Below, in pieces: positions 45,317 through 47,971 of a stretch of DNA of 47,971 nt. The notes under the pieces were generated by a model, which was not told the DNA's origin, made no database searches, and was given only the letters and a program-made list of their open reading frames with translations. Each line of letters begins with the position of its first letter. Position 1 is the stretch's first letter. The stretch is from Spirochaetales bacterium (GTDB lineage Bacteria > Spirochaetota > Spirochaetia > Treponematales > UBA12059). Position numbers and translations under genes: made by a program. The DNA is taken from NCBI GenBank assembly GCA_016928955.1, contig JAFGJV010000027.1:62001-109971 (forward strand), read 5' to 3'.

Positions 45317-47302
45317 ATGAAAGCCGTATCCATACAGCCTCCCTTTACCCAGCTGAACGCTCCCTATCCCGCGGTGTGGTACCTGGACGCGTGGTTCAGG
45401 TCCAGGGGCCTCGATTCGGCGGCGCAGGACCATTCCATTGAGCTGACCCGCCGGCTGTATTCGCGCCAGGGCATCCAAACCGTGTTTGCCGCCGCCCGCG
45501 CAGCTTTGGCAGGCAGGCGTCACCCGGACAAGGAAAGCGCGGCGCGCGTTCAGGCCTATCTGGACCAGGAAGAAGGCTACTGTAGGTGGATAGACGGCGT
45601 GACCGGCTACCTGTCCGGACAGGATCCTGCCTTTGCCTACCGCCTGGCCGTGGGAGCAGGCCTGCCCATGGGCATGAGGACTGAAGCTGTCCTGGGCGAC
45701 TCTGGCGGCATAGCACCGGAAGACGCACCTGCCCTGGCCACCGCAATGTTGGACGACCTGGCCGATTTCATTTCCTACGCCCTGGATCCCCACTACTCGT
45801 CGGTACGCTACGCCGAGCGGCTCGGTTCCGGCGCCCGGGACTTCAGGGAAATCCTGGAAGCCGCCGACTCTGGCTGGGTGCAGAGAACCTTGTACCTGCC
45901 CTACGCGCGCTCGGCGTTCGCGGCCGCGGATTCAGGCGGAACCACGGTCGTGTGCCTGTCCGCCCCCTTTCCGGGCTGTCTGGCCGGGGCCGTCACGGCG
46001 GCGCGGGCGGCCAGGGAGGTGTTCGGCCAGCGCGCGCTGATCCTTCTGGGCGGAGGCTACGTGTCCACGGAGCTCCGCTTCCTGGACGACCCGTCGGTGT
46101 TCGGCGTCTTTGACGCCCTCTGCTACGACGCCGGTTTTGGGTCCCTGGCCTCCATCATGGACGTGCTGGGCGACGACGAATGGCCGGACCCGGCCGCCGT
46201 TCTCCGAGCGTCTGCGGCCAGGCTGTACCGCACGCGTCTTCTGGACTCGGGCGGGCGCGTGGCAGCATGCGGTTTTGCCGCTCCCGAGCCCTGCCAGGCT
46301 GCCAGGCCGGCCGGGCCTGCGGGCGGGTCCCAGGACGCCGGCCCGGACCGGGAAGCGGCTGAGCGCGCCGAGCTGGCCACGATCCACCCCGACTACTCAG
46401 GCACGGATTTCTCCCGCTATCTCCGCATAGCCAGCTCGCCCAATCCCATGCACAGGCTGTGGAACGACACGCCCTGGCTGAAATACCGGCTGTCGTACGG
46501 CTGTTACTGGAGGCGCTGCGCTTTCTGCGACACCCAGCTGGACTACATCAAGCGCTACATCCCGTCGAACGTCACCGCCATCATGGCCGCCGCGGACGCC
46601 GCGTCGCTCAAAACCGGGCTCTACGGCATCCACTTCACCGACGAGGCCATGCCCGTGCGGCAGGTCCTGGAATTCGCGCGGCTCAACCGCGAACGCCCCC
46701 GGTCCTACACCTTCTGGGGCAACATACGCTTTGACCGCTCGTGGACCGGAGCCGCCTGCGCCGAGGCGGCTCTGGGCGGCCTGGTGGCCGTGTCCGGCGG
46801 CATAGAGATAGCCACGGCCGAGGGCCTGGAAATCGTGGACAAGGGCTTTGGACTCGGTGACCTTATCCGCTGCCTTGCGTCGTTCAAGCGGCACGGCGTA
46901 CTGGTCCACGCCTACCTCATGTACGGCTTTCCGGGCCAGAGCGACCAGGACATAGCAGACTCCGCCGAGACGGTGCGGGTCCTCCTGTCGGAAGGCCTTA
47001 TCGATTCGGCCTTCTGGCACAAATTCGTGCTGACGCGGCATTCCAGGCTGTACGCCGACTGGGAGGCGGGTTCCGTGCCCGGGCTCAAGCCCAGGCAGGG
47101 CGCGTCGCGCTTTGCGGTCAACGATCTGCGCTTCCAGGGTGAGGCGTCGTCCGAGCGCTGGACGGAAGTCCTGGACTCGTCCCTGGCCGCCTGGGCGGAG
47201 CAGGGCCAGCTGGAGCGCCCGCTGTCGGAATTCTTGGCCGCTGGTCTGCCGGAACCCCGCGTCGACGCAAAGATCATGGTGCAAAGGGAATTGGAGGAGT
47301 GA
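45317..47302 (+). CDS. Radical SAM protein, B12-binding-domain type
   Basis: PPFTQLNAPYPA N-terminus, LSAPFPG…LGGGY B12-like segment, GCYWRRCAFCD cluster motif, HFTDEA, SGGIE and HAYLMYGFP. Confidence 0.88.
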   Translation: MKAVSIQPPFTQLNAPYPAVWYLDAWFRSRGLDSAAQDHSIELTRRLYSRQGIQTVFAAARAALAGRRHPDKESAARVQAYLDQEEGYCRWIDGVTGYLSGQDPAFAYRLAVGAGLPMGMRTEAVLGDSGGIAPEDAPALATAMLDDLADFISYALDPHYSSVRYAERLGSGARDFREILEAADSGWVQRTLYLPYARSAFAAADSGGTTVVCLSAPFPGCLAGAVTAARAAREVFGQRALILLGGGYVSTELRFLDDPSVFGVFDALCYDAGFGSLASIMDVLGDDEWPDPAAVLRASAARLYRTRLLDSGGRVAACGFAAPEPCQAARPAGPAGGSQDAGPDREAAERAELATIHPDYSGTDFSRYLRIASSPNPMHRLWNDTPWLKYRLSYGCYWRRCAFCDTQLDYIKRYIPSNVTAIMAAADAASLKTGLYGIHFTDEAMPVRQVLEFARLNRERPRSYTFWGNIRFDRSWTGAACAEAALGGLVAVSGGIEIATAEGLEIVDKGFGLGDLIRCLASFKRHGVLVHAYLMYGFPGQSDQDIADSAETVRVLLSEGLIDSAFWHKFVLTRHSRLYADWEAGSVPGLKPRQGASRFAVNDLRFQGEASSERWTEVLDSSLAAWAEQGQLERPLSEFLAAGLPEPRVDAKIMVQRELEE

Positions 47303-47304
47303 GC

Positions 47305-47838
47305 ATGGAACAAGGCTATATTCAGCTGTACACGGGCAACGGCAAGGGCAAGACAACGGCCGCCTTGGGCCTGGCTGTCCGCGCCCTGGGAGCCGGGCTC
47401 AAGGTGTATCTGGGGCAGTTCATCAAAGGCATGCGCTACGCCGAAATAGAGCTGCTTGATACGCTGTCGGGCACGCTCGGCGATGGCAGGATAGCGGTCA
47501 GGCAGTACGGTCGCGGTTGCTTCATCTTCCGGGAGCCCGAAGCGGAGGACTTCCAGGCCGCCGAGCGCGGTGTGGCCGAAGCCAGGGAAACGCTGCTATC
47601 CTGCGCGTTTGACCTGGTGATACTGGACGAAATCCTCGTGGCCATGAAACTGGGGCTGGTCCATGAGCGTGACATCCTGGCCCTCATGGACGACAAGCCC
47701 AGGGGCGTGGAGCTTGTGCTTACCGGCAGGGGCGCCAGCGACGCTCTGATGGCCAGGGCCGACCTGGTCACCGAGATGCGGGAGATAAAGCACTACTACA
47801 ACGCGGGGGTTCAGGCCCGCGACGGTATCGAGCGTTGA
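47305..47838 (+). CDS. cobO: Cob(I)yrinic acid a,c-diamide adenosyltransferase (CobO/BtuR)
   Basis: YTGNGKGKTTAALG, QFIKG, LVILDE, LTGR, ADLVTEM and KH…G..AR.GIE; SD GGAGGA 6 nt before ATG 47305. Confidence 0.95.
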   Translation: MEQGYIQLYTGNGKGKTTAALGLAVRALGAGLKVYLGQFIKGMRYAEIELLDTLSGTLGDGRIAVRQYGRGCFIFREPEAEDFQAAERGVAEARETLLSCAFDLVILDEILVAMKLGLVHERDILALMDDKPRGVELVLTGRGASDALMARADLVTEMREIKHYYNAGVQARDGIER

Positions 47839-47847
47839 TACGAGCGC

Positions 47848-47876
47848 AAAAAAAACCGCGCGGCTAATGCCGCGCG
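47848..47876 (-). terminator. Terminator downstream of the tRNA-Val fragment
   Basis: CGCGCGGC-ATTA-GCCGCGCG hairpin followed by G and T8 on the minus strand. Confidence 0.75.
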
Positions 47877-47884
47877 ATCCTTCA

Positions 47885-47930
47885 TGGGCAGTATTGGAGT
47901 TGAACCAACGACCCCCAGTGTGTCATACTG
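47885..47930 (-). other. 3' half of tRNA-Val(GAC), probable att site
   Basis: CAGT-ATGACAC-ACTG, GGGGTC, T arm GTTGG-TTCAACT-CCAAT and ACTGCCCA; no D arm or 5' acceptor strand in the sequence upstream. Confidence 0.8.
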
Positions 47931-47971
47931 TTCGACGCCAAACAGCCAGCCCCTTTGCCACCATGGTCTAA

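Noticed and set aside
47885..47960. Complete tRNA-Val gene
   Set aside because: The upstream sequence cannot pair with the 3' acceptor strand and has no D arm, so it is reported as a fragment.
1..47971. Many long antisense or alternate-frame ORFs (for example 9600-11540 -, 16936-18330 +, 5379-6629 -)
   Set aside because: They are shadows of motif-supported genes, as expected in high-GC DNA with few stop codons, and carry no recognisable motifs.

Overview
High-GC chromosomal segment, most consistent with a free-living spirochaete (Treponematales-like). That placement is inferred from the flgN-flgK-flgL-fliW-csrA block, the many lipoproteins and TPR proteins, and the FlgD-Ig/OmpA protein. Most of it is core genome: a 5'-truncated GH13 alpha-amylase, addB-addA, a paired short-chain chromate transporter, a REC-PAS-GGDEF-EAL protein, type III glutamine synthetase, a DUF2156 protein, envelope proteins, the flagellar hook-associated operon, an MltD-like lytic transglycosylase, an M20 peptidase, galE, a histidine kinase/HD-GYP pair, a B12-type radical SAM enzyme and cobO. 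It also holds tRNA-Pro(GGG) and tRNA-Phe(GAA). The most notable features are non-coding: (1) two interlocked divergent sigma-28-type promoters inside one inverted repeat, linking flgN-flgKL-fliW-csrA to a P-loop/Asp23 gene; (2) a hairpin-rich repeat module after tRNA-Pro with three extra copies of its 3' end, beside a compositionally foreign cadherin-like lipoprotein gene; (3) a 3'-half tRNA-Val(GAC) at the right edge that looks like the att site of an integrated element outside the window; (4) several probable leaderless transcripts, including a 12-codon uORF coupled to a sensor kinase. No CRISPR array, transposase, integrase or recognisable defence system is visible. All family calls come from motif recognition by eye; no searches were run.
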